Assembly (NCBI GenBank): GCA_964016885.1
Contig: OZ024740.1
Coordinates: 6,882,001 to 6,946,000, forward strand
Direction of reading: 5' to 3'
From: Eledone cirrhosa
Taxonomy: Eukaryota
Length of the DNA stretch: 64,000 bases
The notes beneath the pieces were generated by a model. That model made no database searches and was not told where the DNA came from. It saw only the letters and a program-made list of their open reading frames with translations. Shown here piece after piece: positions 24,901-36,889 of this stretch. Every line of letters begins with the position of its first letter. The stretch's first letter is position 1. A program made the translations under genes and the position numbers.

Positions 24901-27900
24901 TACCCCCAAAATACTCAAATCCTAAGGAAGAATTTGTGAGAGACATTACCCCGAAATACTCAGATCCTAAGGCAGTATTTCTGAGCGACATTACCCCAAA
25001 ATACTCAGATTCTAAGGCTGTATTTGTGAGAGACATTACCCCAAAATACTCAGATCCTAAGGCAGTATTTGTGAGAGACATTACCCCAAAATACTGAGAT
25101 CCTAAGGCAGTATTTATGAGAGACATTACCCCAAAATACTGAGATCCTAAGGCTGTATTTGTGAGAGACATTACCCCAAAATACTGAGACCCTAAGGCAG
25201 TATTTGTGAGATACATTACCCCAAAATACTCAGATCCTAAGGCAGTATTTGTGAGAGACATTACCCCAAAATACTGAGATCCTAAGGCAGTATTTGTGAG
25301 AGACATTACCCCAAAATACTCAGATCCTAAGACAGTATTTGTGAGAGACATTACCCCAAAATACTCAGATCCTAAGGCTGTATTTGTGAGAGACATTACC
25401 CCAAAATACTGAGATCCTAAGGCTGTATTTATGAGAGACATTACCCCAAAATACTCAGATCCTAAGGCTGTATTTGTGAGAGACATTACACCAAAATACT
25501 CAGATCCTAAGGCTGTATTTATGAGAGACGTTACCCCAAAATACTCAGATTCTAAGGCAGTGTTTGTGAGAGACATTACCCCAAAATACTGAGATCCTAA
25601 GGCTGTATTTGTGAGAGACATTACCCCAAAATACTCAGATCCAAAGGCAGTATTTGTGAGAGACATTAGCCCAAAATACTCAGATCCTAAGGCTGTGTTT
25701 GTGAGAGACATTACCCCAAAATACTCAGATCCTAAGGCAGTATTTATGAGAGACATAACCCCAAAATACTGAGATCCTAAGACTGTATTTGTGAGAGACA
25801 TTACCCCAAAATACTCAGATCCTAAGGCAGTGTTTGTGAGAGACATTACCACAAAATACTGAGATCCTAAGGCTGTATTTGTGAGAGACAATACTCAAAA
25901 TACTGAGATCCTAAGGCTGTATTTGTGAGAGACATTACCACAAAATACTCATATCCTAAGGCAGTATTTGTGAGAGACATTACCCCAAAATACTGAGATC
26001 CTAAGGCAGTATTTGTGAGAGACATTACCCCAAAATACTGAGATACTAAGGCTGTATTTGTGAGAGACATTACGCCAAAATACTGAGATCCTAAGGCAGT
26101 ATTTGTGAGAGACATTACCCCAAAATACTCAGATCCTAAGGTAGTGTTTGTGAGAGACATTATCCCAAAATACTCAGATCCTAAGGCTGTATTTGTGAGA
26201 GACATTACCCCAAAATACTCAGATCCTAAGGCAGTATTTGTGAGAGACATTACCCCAAAATACTCAGATCCTAAGGCTGTATTTGTGAGCGACATTACCC
26301 CAAAATACTCAGATCCTAAGGCTGTATTTGTGAGAGACAATACCCCAAAATACTCAGATCCTAAGGCAGTATTTGTGAGAGACAATAACACAAAATACTC
26401 AGATCCTAAGGCAGTATTTGGGAGAGACATTACCCCCCAAAATACTCAGATCCTAAGGCTGTATTTGTGAGAGACATTACCCCAAAATACTGAGACCCTA
26501 AGGCAGTATTTGTGAGATACATTACCCCAAAATACTCAGATCCTAAGGCAGTATTCGTGAGAGACATTACCCCAAAATACACAGATCCTAAGGCAGTATT
26601 TGTGTGAGACATTACCCCAAAATACTCAGATCCTAAGGCTGTAATTGTGAGAGACATGACCCCAAAATACTGAGATCCTAAGGCTGTATTTGTGAGAGAC
26701 ATTACCCCAAAATACGCAGATCCTAAGGCAGTATTTGTGAGAAACATTACACCAAAATACTCAGATCCTAAGGCTGTATTTGTGAGAGACATTACCCCAA
26801 AATACTCAGATCCTAAGGCAGTATTTGTGAGAGATATTACCCCAAAATACTCAGATCCTAAGACAGTATTTGTGAGAGACATTACCCCAAAATACTCAGA
26901 TCCTAAGGCAGTGTTTGTGAGAGACATTACATCAAAATACTCAGATCCTAAGGCTGTATTTGTGAGAGACATTACCCCAAAATACTGAGATCCTAAGGCT
27001 GTATTTATGAGAGACATTACCCCAAAATACTCAGATCCTAAGGCTGTATTTGTGAGAGACATTACACCAAAATACTCAGATCCTAAGGCTGTATTTATGA
27101 GAGACATTAGCCCAAAATACTCAGATCCTAAGGCTGTGTTTGTGAGAGACATTACCCCAAAATACTCAGATCCTAAGGCAGTATTTATGAGAGACATTAC
27201 CCCAAAATACTGAGATCCTAAGACTGTATTTGTGAGAGACATTACCCCAAAATACTCAGATCCTAAGGCAGTGTTTGTGAGAGACATTACCCCAAAATAC
27301 TGAGATCCTAAGGCTGTATTTGTGAGAGACATTACCCCCCAAAATACTGAGATCCTAAGGCTGTATTTGTGAGAGACATTACCACAAAATACTCAGATCC
27401 TAAGGCAGTATTTGTGAGAGATATTACCCCAAAATACTGAGATTCTAAGGCAGTATTTGTGAGAGACATTACCCCAAAATACTGAGATCCTAAGGCTGTA
27501 TTTGTGAGAGACATTACGCCAAAATACTGAGATCCTAAGGCAGTATTTGTGAGAGACATTACCCCAAAATACTGAGATCCTAAGGCAGTATTTGTGAGAG
27601 ACATACCCCAAAATACTGAGATCCTAAGGCAGTATTTGTGAGAGACATTACCCCAAAATACTCAGATCCTAAGGCAGTATTTGTGAGAGACATTACCCCA
27701 AAATACTAAGATCCTAAGGCAGTATTTGTGAGAGACATTACCCCAAGATACTCAGATCCTAAGGCAGTATTTGTGAGAGACATTACCCCAAAATACTGAG
27801 ATCCTAAGGCTGTATTAGTGAGAGACATTACCCCAAAATACTGAGATCCTAAGGCTGTATTTGTGAGAGACATTACCCCAGAATACTCAGATCCTAAGGC

Positions 27901-30410
27901 AGTAATTATGAGAGACATTACACCAAAATACTCAGATCCTAAGGCTGTATTTGTGAGAGACATTACCCCAAAATACTCAGATCCTAAGGCAGTATTTGTG
28001 AGAGACATTACCCCAAAATACTAAGATCCTAAGGCAGTAATTGTGAGAGACATTACCCCAAAATACTCAGGTCCTAAGGCAGTGTTTGTGAGAGACATTA
28101 CGCCAAAATACTCAGATCCTAAGGCTGTGTTTGTGACAGACATTACCCCAATATACTCAGATCCTAAGACAGTGTTTGTGAGAGACATTACCCCAAAATA
28201 CTCAGATCCTAAGGCTGTATTTGTGAGAGACATTACCCCAAAATACTGAGATACTAAGGCTGTATTTTTGAGAGACATTACCCCAAAATACTCAGATCCT
28301 CAGGCTGTATTTTTGGGAGACATTACCCCAAAATACTCAGATCCTAAGGTAGTGTTTGTGAGAGACATTATCCCAAAATACTCAGATCCTAAGGCTGTAT
28401 TTGTGAGAGACATTACCCCAAAATAATCAGATCCTAAGGCAGTATTTGTGAGAGACATTACCCCAAAATACTCAGATCCTAAGGCTGTATTTGTGAGAGA
28501 CATTACCCCAAAATACTGAGATCCTAAGGCAGTGTTTGTGAGAGACATTACGCCAAAATACTCAGATCCTAAGACTGTATTTGTGAGCGATATTACCCCA
28601 AAATACTGAGATCCTAAGGCTGTATTTGTGAGAGACAATACCCCAAAATACTCTGATCCTAAGGCTGTATTTGTGAGAGACAATACCCCAAAATACTCAG
28701 ATCCTAAGGCAGTATTTGTGAGAGACAATAACCCAAAATACTCAGATCCTAAGGCAGTATTTGGGAGAGACATTACCCCCAAAATACTCAGATCCTAAGG
28801 CTGTACTTGTGAGAGACATTACCCCAAAATACTCAGATCCTAAGGCAGTGTTTGTGAGAGACATTACCGCAAAATACTCAGATCCTAAGGCATCGTTTGT
28901 GAGAGACATTACCCCAAAATACTCAGATCCTAAGGCTGTATTTGTGAGAGACATTACCCCAAAATACTCAGATCCTAAGGCAGTGTTTGTGAGAGACATT
29001 ACCCCAAAATACTCAGATCCTAAGGCAGTGTTTGTGAGAGATATTACCCGAAAATACTCAGATCCTAAGGCAGTGTTTGTAAGAGACATTACCCCCAAAA
29101 TACTCAGATCCTAAGGCAGTGTTTGTGCGAGATATTACCCCAAAATACTCAGATCCTAAGGAAGAATTTGTGAGAGACATTACCCCAAAATACTCAGATT
29201 CTCAGGCTCTATTTGTGACAGACATTACCCCCAAAATACTCAAATCCTAAGGAAGAATTTGTGAGAGACATTACCCCGAAATACTCAGATCCTAAGGCAG
29301 TATTTCTGAGCGACATTACCCCAAAATACTCAGATTCTAAGGCTGTATTTGTGAGAGACATTACCCCAAAATACTCAGATCCTAAGGCAGTATTTGTGAG
29401 AGACATTACCCCAAAATACTGAGATCCTAAGGCAGTATTTATGAGAGACATTACCCCAAAATACTGAGATCCTAAGGCTGTATTTGTGAGAGACATTACC
29501 CCAAAATACTGAGACCCTAAGGCAGTATTTGTGAGATACATTACCCCAAAATACTCAGATCCTAAGGCAGTATTTGTGAGAGACATTACCCCAAAATACT
29601 GAGATCCTAAGGCAGTATTTGTGAGAGACATTACCCCAAAATACTCAGATCCTAAGACAGTATTTGTGAGAGACATTACCCCAAAATACTCAGATCCTAA
29701 GGCTGTATTTGTGAGAGACATTACCCCAAAATACTGAGATCCTAAGGCTGTATTTATGAGAGACATTACCCCAAAATACTCAGATCCTAAGGCTGTATTT
29801 GTGAGAGACATTACACCAAAATACTCAGATCCTAAGGCTGTATTTATGAGAGACGTTACCCCAAAATACTCAGATTCTAAGGCAGTGTTTGTGAGAGACA
29901 TTACCCCAAAATACTGAGATCCTAAGGCTGTATTTGTGAGAGACATTACCCCAAAATACTCAGATCCAAAGGCAGTATTTGTGAGAGACATTAGCCCAAA
30001 ATACTCAGATCCTAAGGCTGTGTTTGTGAGAGACATTACCCCAAAATACTCAGATCCTAAGGCAGTATTTATGAGAGACATAACCCCAAAATACTGAGAT
30101 CCTAAGACTGTATTTGTGAGAGACATTACCCCAAAATACTCAGATCCTAAGGCAGTGTTTGTGAGAGACATTACCACAAAATACTGAGATCCTAAGGCTG
30201 TATTTGTGAGAGACAATACTCAAAATACTGAGATCCTAAGGCTGTATTTGTGAGAGACATTACCACAAAATACTCATATCCTAAGGCAGTATTTGTGAGA
30301 GACATTACCCCAAAATACTGAGATCCTAAGGCAGTATTTGTGAGAGACATTACCCCAAAATACTGAGATACTAAGGCTGTATTTGTGAGAGACATTACGC
30401 CAAAATACTG
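21784..30410. repeat. Near-perfect tandem duplication, 4,325-bp unit (96 monomers +5 nt)
   Basis: ORF pairs 22105/26430, 23007/27332, 23381/27706, 23975/28300, 24436/28761 and 24884/29209 are all offset by 4325. Both copies share rare variants (TATTCGTG, CAGGTCCT, CTCTGATCC, CAATACTCAAAA). Confidence 0.94.
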
Positions 30411-30899
30411 AAATTCTAAGGCTGTATTTGTGAGAGACATTACCCCAAAATACTGAGATCCTAAGGCAGTGTTTGTGAGAGACATTACGCCAAAATACTG
30501 AGATCCGAAGGCTGTATTTGTGAGAGACATTACCCCAAAATACTCAGATCCTAAGGCAGTATTTGTGAGAGACATTACCCCAAAATACTGAGATCCTAAG
30601 GCAGTATTTGTGAGAGACATTACCCCAAAATACTCAGATCCTAAGGCAGTATTTGTGAGACATTACCCCAAAATACTGAGATACTAAGGCAGTATTTGTG
30701 AGAGACATTACCCCAAAATACTGAGATCCGAAGGCTGTATTTGTGAGAGACATTACCCCAGAATACTCAGATCCTAAGGCAGTAATTGTGAGAGACATTA
30801 CACCAAAATACTCAGATCCTAAGGCTGTATTTGTGAGAGACATTACCCCAAAATACTCAGATCCTAAGGCAGTATTTGTGAGAGGCATTACCCTAAAAT

Positions 30900-33500
30900 A
30901 CTGAGTTCCTAAGGCAGTATTTGTGAGAGACATTACCCCCCAAATACTCAGATCCTAAGGCTGTATTTGTGAGAGACATTACCCCAAAATACTCAGATCC
31001 TAAGGCAGTATTTGTGAGAGACATTACCCCAAAATACTCAGACCCTAAGGCAGTATTTGTGAGAGACATTACCCCAAAATACTGAGATCCTAAGGCAGTG
31101 TTTGTGAGAGACATTACCCCCAACATACTCAGATCCTAAGGCTGTATTTGTGAGAGACATTACCCCAAAATACTCAGATCCTAAGGCTGTATTTGTGAGA
31201 GACATTACACCAAAATACTCAGATCCTAAGGCTGTATTTATGAGAGACATTACCCCAAAATACTCAGATTCTAAGGCAGTGTTTGTGAGAGACATTACCC
31301 CAAAATACTGAGATCCTAAGGCTGTATTTCTGAGAGACATTACCCCAAAATACTCAGATCCTAAGGCTGTGTTTGTGAGAGACATTACCCCAAAATACTC
31401 AGATCCTAAGGCAGTATTTATGAGAGACATTACCCCAAAATACTGAGATCCTAAGACTGTATTTGTGAGAGACATTACCCCAAAATACTCAGATCCTAAG
31501 GCAGTGTTTGTGAGAGACATTACCCCAAAATACTGAGATCCTAAGGCTGTATTTGTGAGAGACATTACCCCCCAAAATACTGAGATCCTAAGGCTGTATT
31601 TGTGAGAGACATTACCCCAAAATACTCAGATCCTAAGGCAGTGTTTGTGAGAGACATTACCCCAAAATACTGAGATCCTAAGGCTGTATTTGTGAGAGAC
31701 ATTACCCCCCAAAATACTGAGATCCTAAGGCTGTATTTGTGAGAGACATTACCCCAAAATACTCAGATCCTAAGGCAGTATTTGTGAGAGACATTACCCC
31801 AAAATACTGAGATCCTAAGGCAGTATTTGTGAGAGACATTACCCCAAAATACTGAGATCCTAAGGCTGTATTTGTGAGAGACATTACCCCAGAATACTCA
31901 GATCCTAAGGCAGTAATTGTGAGAGACATTACACCAAAATACTCATATCCTGAGGCTGTATTTGTGAGAGACATTACCCCAAAATACTCAGATCCTAAGG
32001 CAGTATTTGTGAGAGACATTACCCCAAAATACTAAGATCCTAAGGCAGTATTTGTGAGAGACATTACCCCAAAATACTCAGATCCTAAGGCAGTATTTGT
32101 GAGAGACATTACCCCAAAATACTCAGATCCTAAGGCTGTATTTGTGAGAGACATTACCCCAGAATACTCAGATCCTAAGGCAGTAATTGTGAGAGACATT
32201 ACACCAAAATACTCAGATCCTAAGGCTGTATTTGTAAGAGACATTACCCCAAAATACTCAGATCCTAAGGCAGTATTTGTGAGAGACATTACCCCAAAAT
32301 ACTAAGATCCTAAGGCAGTAATTGTGAGAGACATTACCCCAAAATACTCAGATCCTAAGGCAGTGTTTGTGAGAGACATTACGCCAAAATACTCAGATCC
32401 TATGGCTGTATTTGTGAGAGACATTACCCCAAAATACTCAGATCCTAAGGCAGTATTTGTGAGAGACATTACCCCAAAATACTAAGATCCTAAGGCAGTA
32501 TTTGTGAGAGACATTACCCCAAAATACTCAGATCCTAAGGCAGTATTTGTGAGAGACATTACCCCAAAATACTGAGATCCTAAGGCAGTATTTGTGAGAG
32601 ACATTACCCCAAAATACTGAGATCCTAAGGCTGTATTTGTGAGAGACATTACCCCAGAATACTCAGATCCTAAGGCAGTAATTGTGAGAGACATTACACC
32701 AAAATACTCAGATCCTAAGGCTGTATTTGTAAGAGACATTACCCCAAAATACTCAGATCCTAAGGCTGTGTTTGTGAGAGATATTACCCCAAAATACTGA
32801 GTTCCTAAGGCAGTATTTGTGAGAGACATTACCCCCCAAATACTCAGATCCTAAGGCTGTATTTGTGAGAGACATTACCCCAAAATACTCAGATCCTAAG
32901 GCAGTATTTGTGAGAGACATTACCCCAAAATACTCAGACCCTAAGGCAGTATTTGTGAGAGACATTACCCCAAAATACTGAGATCCTAAGGCAGTGTTTG
33001 TGAGAGACATTACCCCCAACATACTCAGATCCTAAGGCTGTATTTGTGAGAGACATTACCCCAAAATACTCAGATCCTAAGGCTGTATTTGTGAGAGACA
33101 TTACACCAAAATACTCAGATCCTAAGGCTGTATTTATGAGAGACATTACCCCAAAATACTCAGATTCTAAGGCAGTGTTTGTGAGAGACATTACCCCAAA
33201 ATACTGAGATCCTAAGGCTGTATTTCTGAGAGACATTACCCCAAAATACTCAGATCCTAAGGCTGTGTTTGTGAGAGACATTACCCCAAAATACTCAGAT
33301 CCTAAGGCAGTATTTATGAGAGACATTACCCCAAAATACTGAGATCCTAAGACTGTATTTGTGAGAGACATTACCCCAAAATACTCAGATCCTAAGGCAG
33401 TGTTTGTGAGAGACATTACCCCAAAATACTGAGATCCTAAGGCTGTATTTGTGAGAGACATTACCCCCCAAAATACTGAGATCCTAAGGCTGTATTTGTG
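30900..33500. repeat. Duplicated block with 1,896-bp offset (about 30900-31600 repeated at about 32796-33500)
   Basis: Identical ORFs 31038..31565 and 32934..33461. Shared GAGTTCC, C6 tract, CCCCCAACAT and TATTTCTGAG variants. Confidence 0.85.
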
Positions 33501-36500
33501 AGAGACATTACCACAAAATACTCAGATCTTAAGGCAGTATTTGTGAGAGACATTACCCCAAAATACTGAGATCCTAAGGCAGTATTTGTGAGAGACATTA
33601 CCCCAAAATACTGAGATCCTAAGGCTGTATTTGTGAGAGACATTACGCCAAAATACTGAGATCCAAAGGCAGTATTTGTGAGAGAGATTACCCCAAAATA
33701 CTCAGATCCTAAGGCAGTATTTGTGAGAGACATTACCCCAAAATACTGAGATCCTAAGGCAGTATTTGTGAGAGACATTACCCCAAAATACTGAGATCCT
33801 AAGGCTGTATTTGTGAGAGACATTACCCCAGAATACTCAGATCCTAAGGCAGTAATTGTGAGAGACATTACACCAAAATACTCAGATCCTGAGGCTGTAT
33901 TTGTGAGAGACATTACCCCAAAATACTCAGATCCTAAGGCAGTATTTGTGAGAGACATTACCCCAAAATACTAAGATCCTAAGGCAGTATTTGTGAGAGA
34001 CATTACCCCAAAATACTCAGATCCTAAGGCAGTATTTGTGAGAGACATTACCCCAAAATACTGAGATCCTAAGGCAGTATTTGTGAGAGACATTACCCCA
34101 AAATACTGAGATCCTAAGGCTGTATTTGTGAGAGACATTACCCCAGAATACTCAGATCCTAAGGCAGTAATTGTGAGAGACATTACACCAAAATACTCAG
34201 ATCCTAAGGCTGTATTTTTAAGAGACATTACCCCAAAATACTCAGATCCTAAGGCAGTATTTGTGAGAGACATTACCCCAAAATACTAAGATCCTAAGGC
34301 AGTAATTGTGAGAGACATTACCCCAAAATACTCAGATCCTAAGGCAGTAATTGTGAGAGACATTACACCAAAATACTCAGATCCTAAGGCTGTATTTTTA
34401 AGAGACATTACCCCAAAATACTCAGATCCTAAGGCAGTATTTGTGAGAGACATTACCCCAAAATACTAAGATCCTAAGGCAGTGTTTGTGAGAGACATTA
34501 CCCCAAAATACTCAGATCCTAAGGCAGTGTTTGTGAGAGACATTACGCCAAAATACTCAGATCCTATGGCTGTGTTTGTGACAGACATTACCCCAATATA
34601 CTCAGATCCTAAGACAGTGTTTGTGAGAGACATTACCCCAAAATACTGAGATTCTAAGGCTGTATTTTTGAGAGACATTACCCCAAAATACTCAGATCCT
34701 CAGGCTGTATTTGTGGGAGACATTACCCCAAAATACTCAGATCCTAAGGCAGTATTTGTGAGAGACATTACCCCAAAATACTCAGATCCTAAGGCTGTAT
34801 TTGTGAGAGACATTACCCCAAAATACTCAGATCCTAAGGCAGTATTTGTGAGAGACATTACCCCAAAATACTCAGATCCTAAGGCTGTATTTGTGAGAGA
34901 CATTACCCCAAAATACTCAGATCCTAAGGCTGTATTTGTGAGAGACATTACCCCAAAATACTCAGATCCTAAGGTAATGTTTGTGAGAGACATTATCCCA
35001 AAATACTCAGATCCTAAGGCTGTATTTGTGAGAGACATTACCCCAAAATACTCAGATCCTAAGGCAGTATTTGTGAGAGACATTACCCCAAAATACTCAG
35101 ATCCTAAGGCTGTATTTGTGAGAGACATTACCCCAAAATACTGAGATCCTAAGGCAGTGTTTGTGAGAGACATTACGCCAAAATACTCAGATCCTAAGGC
35201 TGTATTTGTGAGCGATATTACCCCAAAATAATCAGATCCTAAGGCTGTATTTGTGAGAGACAATACCCCAAAATACTCAGATCCTAAGGCTGTATTTGTG
35301 AGAGACAATACCCCAAAATACTCAGATCCTAAGGCAGTATTTGTGAGAGACAATAACCCAAAATACTCAGATCCTAAGGCAGTATTTGGGAGAGACATTA
35401 CCCCCAAAATACTCAGATCCTAAGGCTGTATTTGTGAGAGACATTACCCCAAAATACTCAGATCCTAAGGCAGTGTTTGTGAGAGACATTACCCCAAAAT
35501 ACTCAGATCCTAAGGCAGTGTTTGTGAGAGATATTACCCGAAAATACTCAGATCCTAAGGCAGTGTTTGTAAGAGACATTACCCCCAAAATACTCAGATC
35601 CTAAGGCAGTGTTTGTGCGAGATATTACCCCAAAATACTCAGATCCTAAGGCTGTATTTGTGAGAGACATTACCCCAAAATACTCAGATCCTAAGGCAGT
35701 ATTTGTGAGAGACATTACCCCAAAATACTCAGATTCTCAGGCTCTATTTGTGACAGACATTACCCCCAAAATACTCAAATCCTAAGGAAGCATTTGTGAG
35801 AGACATTACCCCGAAATACTCAGATCCTAAGGCAGTATTTGTGAGCGACATTACCCCAAAATACTCAGATTCTAAGGCTGTATTTGTGAGAGACATTACT
35901 CCAAAATACTCAGATCCTAAGGCAGTATTTGTGAGAGACATTACCCCAAAATACTGAGATCCTAAGGCAGTATTTGTGAGAGACATTACCCCAAAATACT
36001 GAGATCCTAAGGCTGTATTTGTGAGAGACATTACCCCAAAATACTGAGACCCTAAGGCAGTATTTGTGAGATACATTACCCCAAAATACTCAGATCCTAA
36101 GGCAGTATTTGTGAGAGACATTACCCCAAAATACTGAGATCCTAAGGCAGTATTTGTGAGATACATTACCCCAAAATACTCAGATCCTAAGGCAGTATTT
36201 GTGAGAGACATTACCCCAAAATACTGAGATCCTAAGGCAGTATTTGTGAGAGACATTACTCCAAAATACTCAGATCCTAAGGCTGTAATTGTGAGAGACA
36301 TGACCCCAAAATACTGAGATCCTAAGGCTGTATTTGTGAGAGACATTACCCCAAAATACGCAGATCCTAAGGCAGTATTTGTGAGAAACATTACACCAAA
36401 ATACTCAGATCCTAAGGCTGTATTTGTGAGAGACATTACCCCAAAATACTCAGATCCTAAGGCAGTATTTGTGAGAGACATTACCCCAAAATACTCAGAT

Positions 36501-36889
36501 CCTAAGACAGTATTTGTGAGAGACATTACCCCAAAATACTCAGATCCTAAGGCAGTGTTTGTGAGAGACATTACATCAAAATACTCAGATCCTAAGGCTG
36601 TATTTGTGAGAGACATTACCCCAAAATACTGAGATCCTAAGGCTGTATTTATGAGAGACATTACCCCAAAATACTCAGATCCTAAGGCTGTATTTGTGAG
36701 AGACATTACACCAAAATACTCAGATCCTAAGGCTGTATTTATGAGAGACATTACCCCAAAATACTCAGATTCTAAGGCAGTGTTTGTGAGAGACATTACC
36801 CCAAAATACTGAGATCCTAAGGCTGTATTTGTGAGAGACATTACCCCAAAATACTCAGATCCAAAGGCAGTATTTGTGAGAGACATTAG

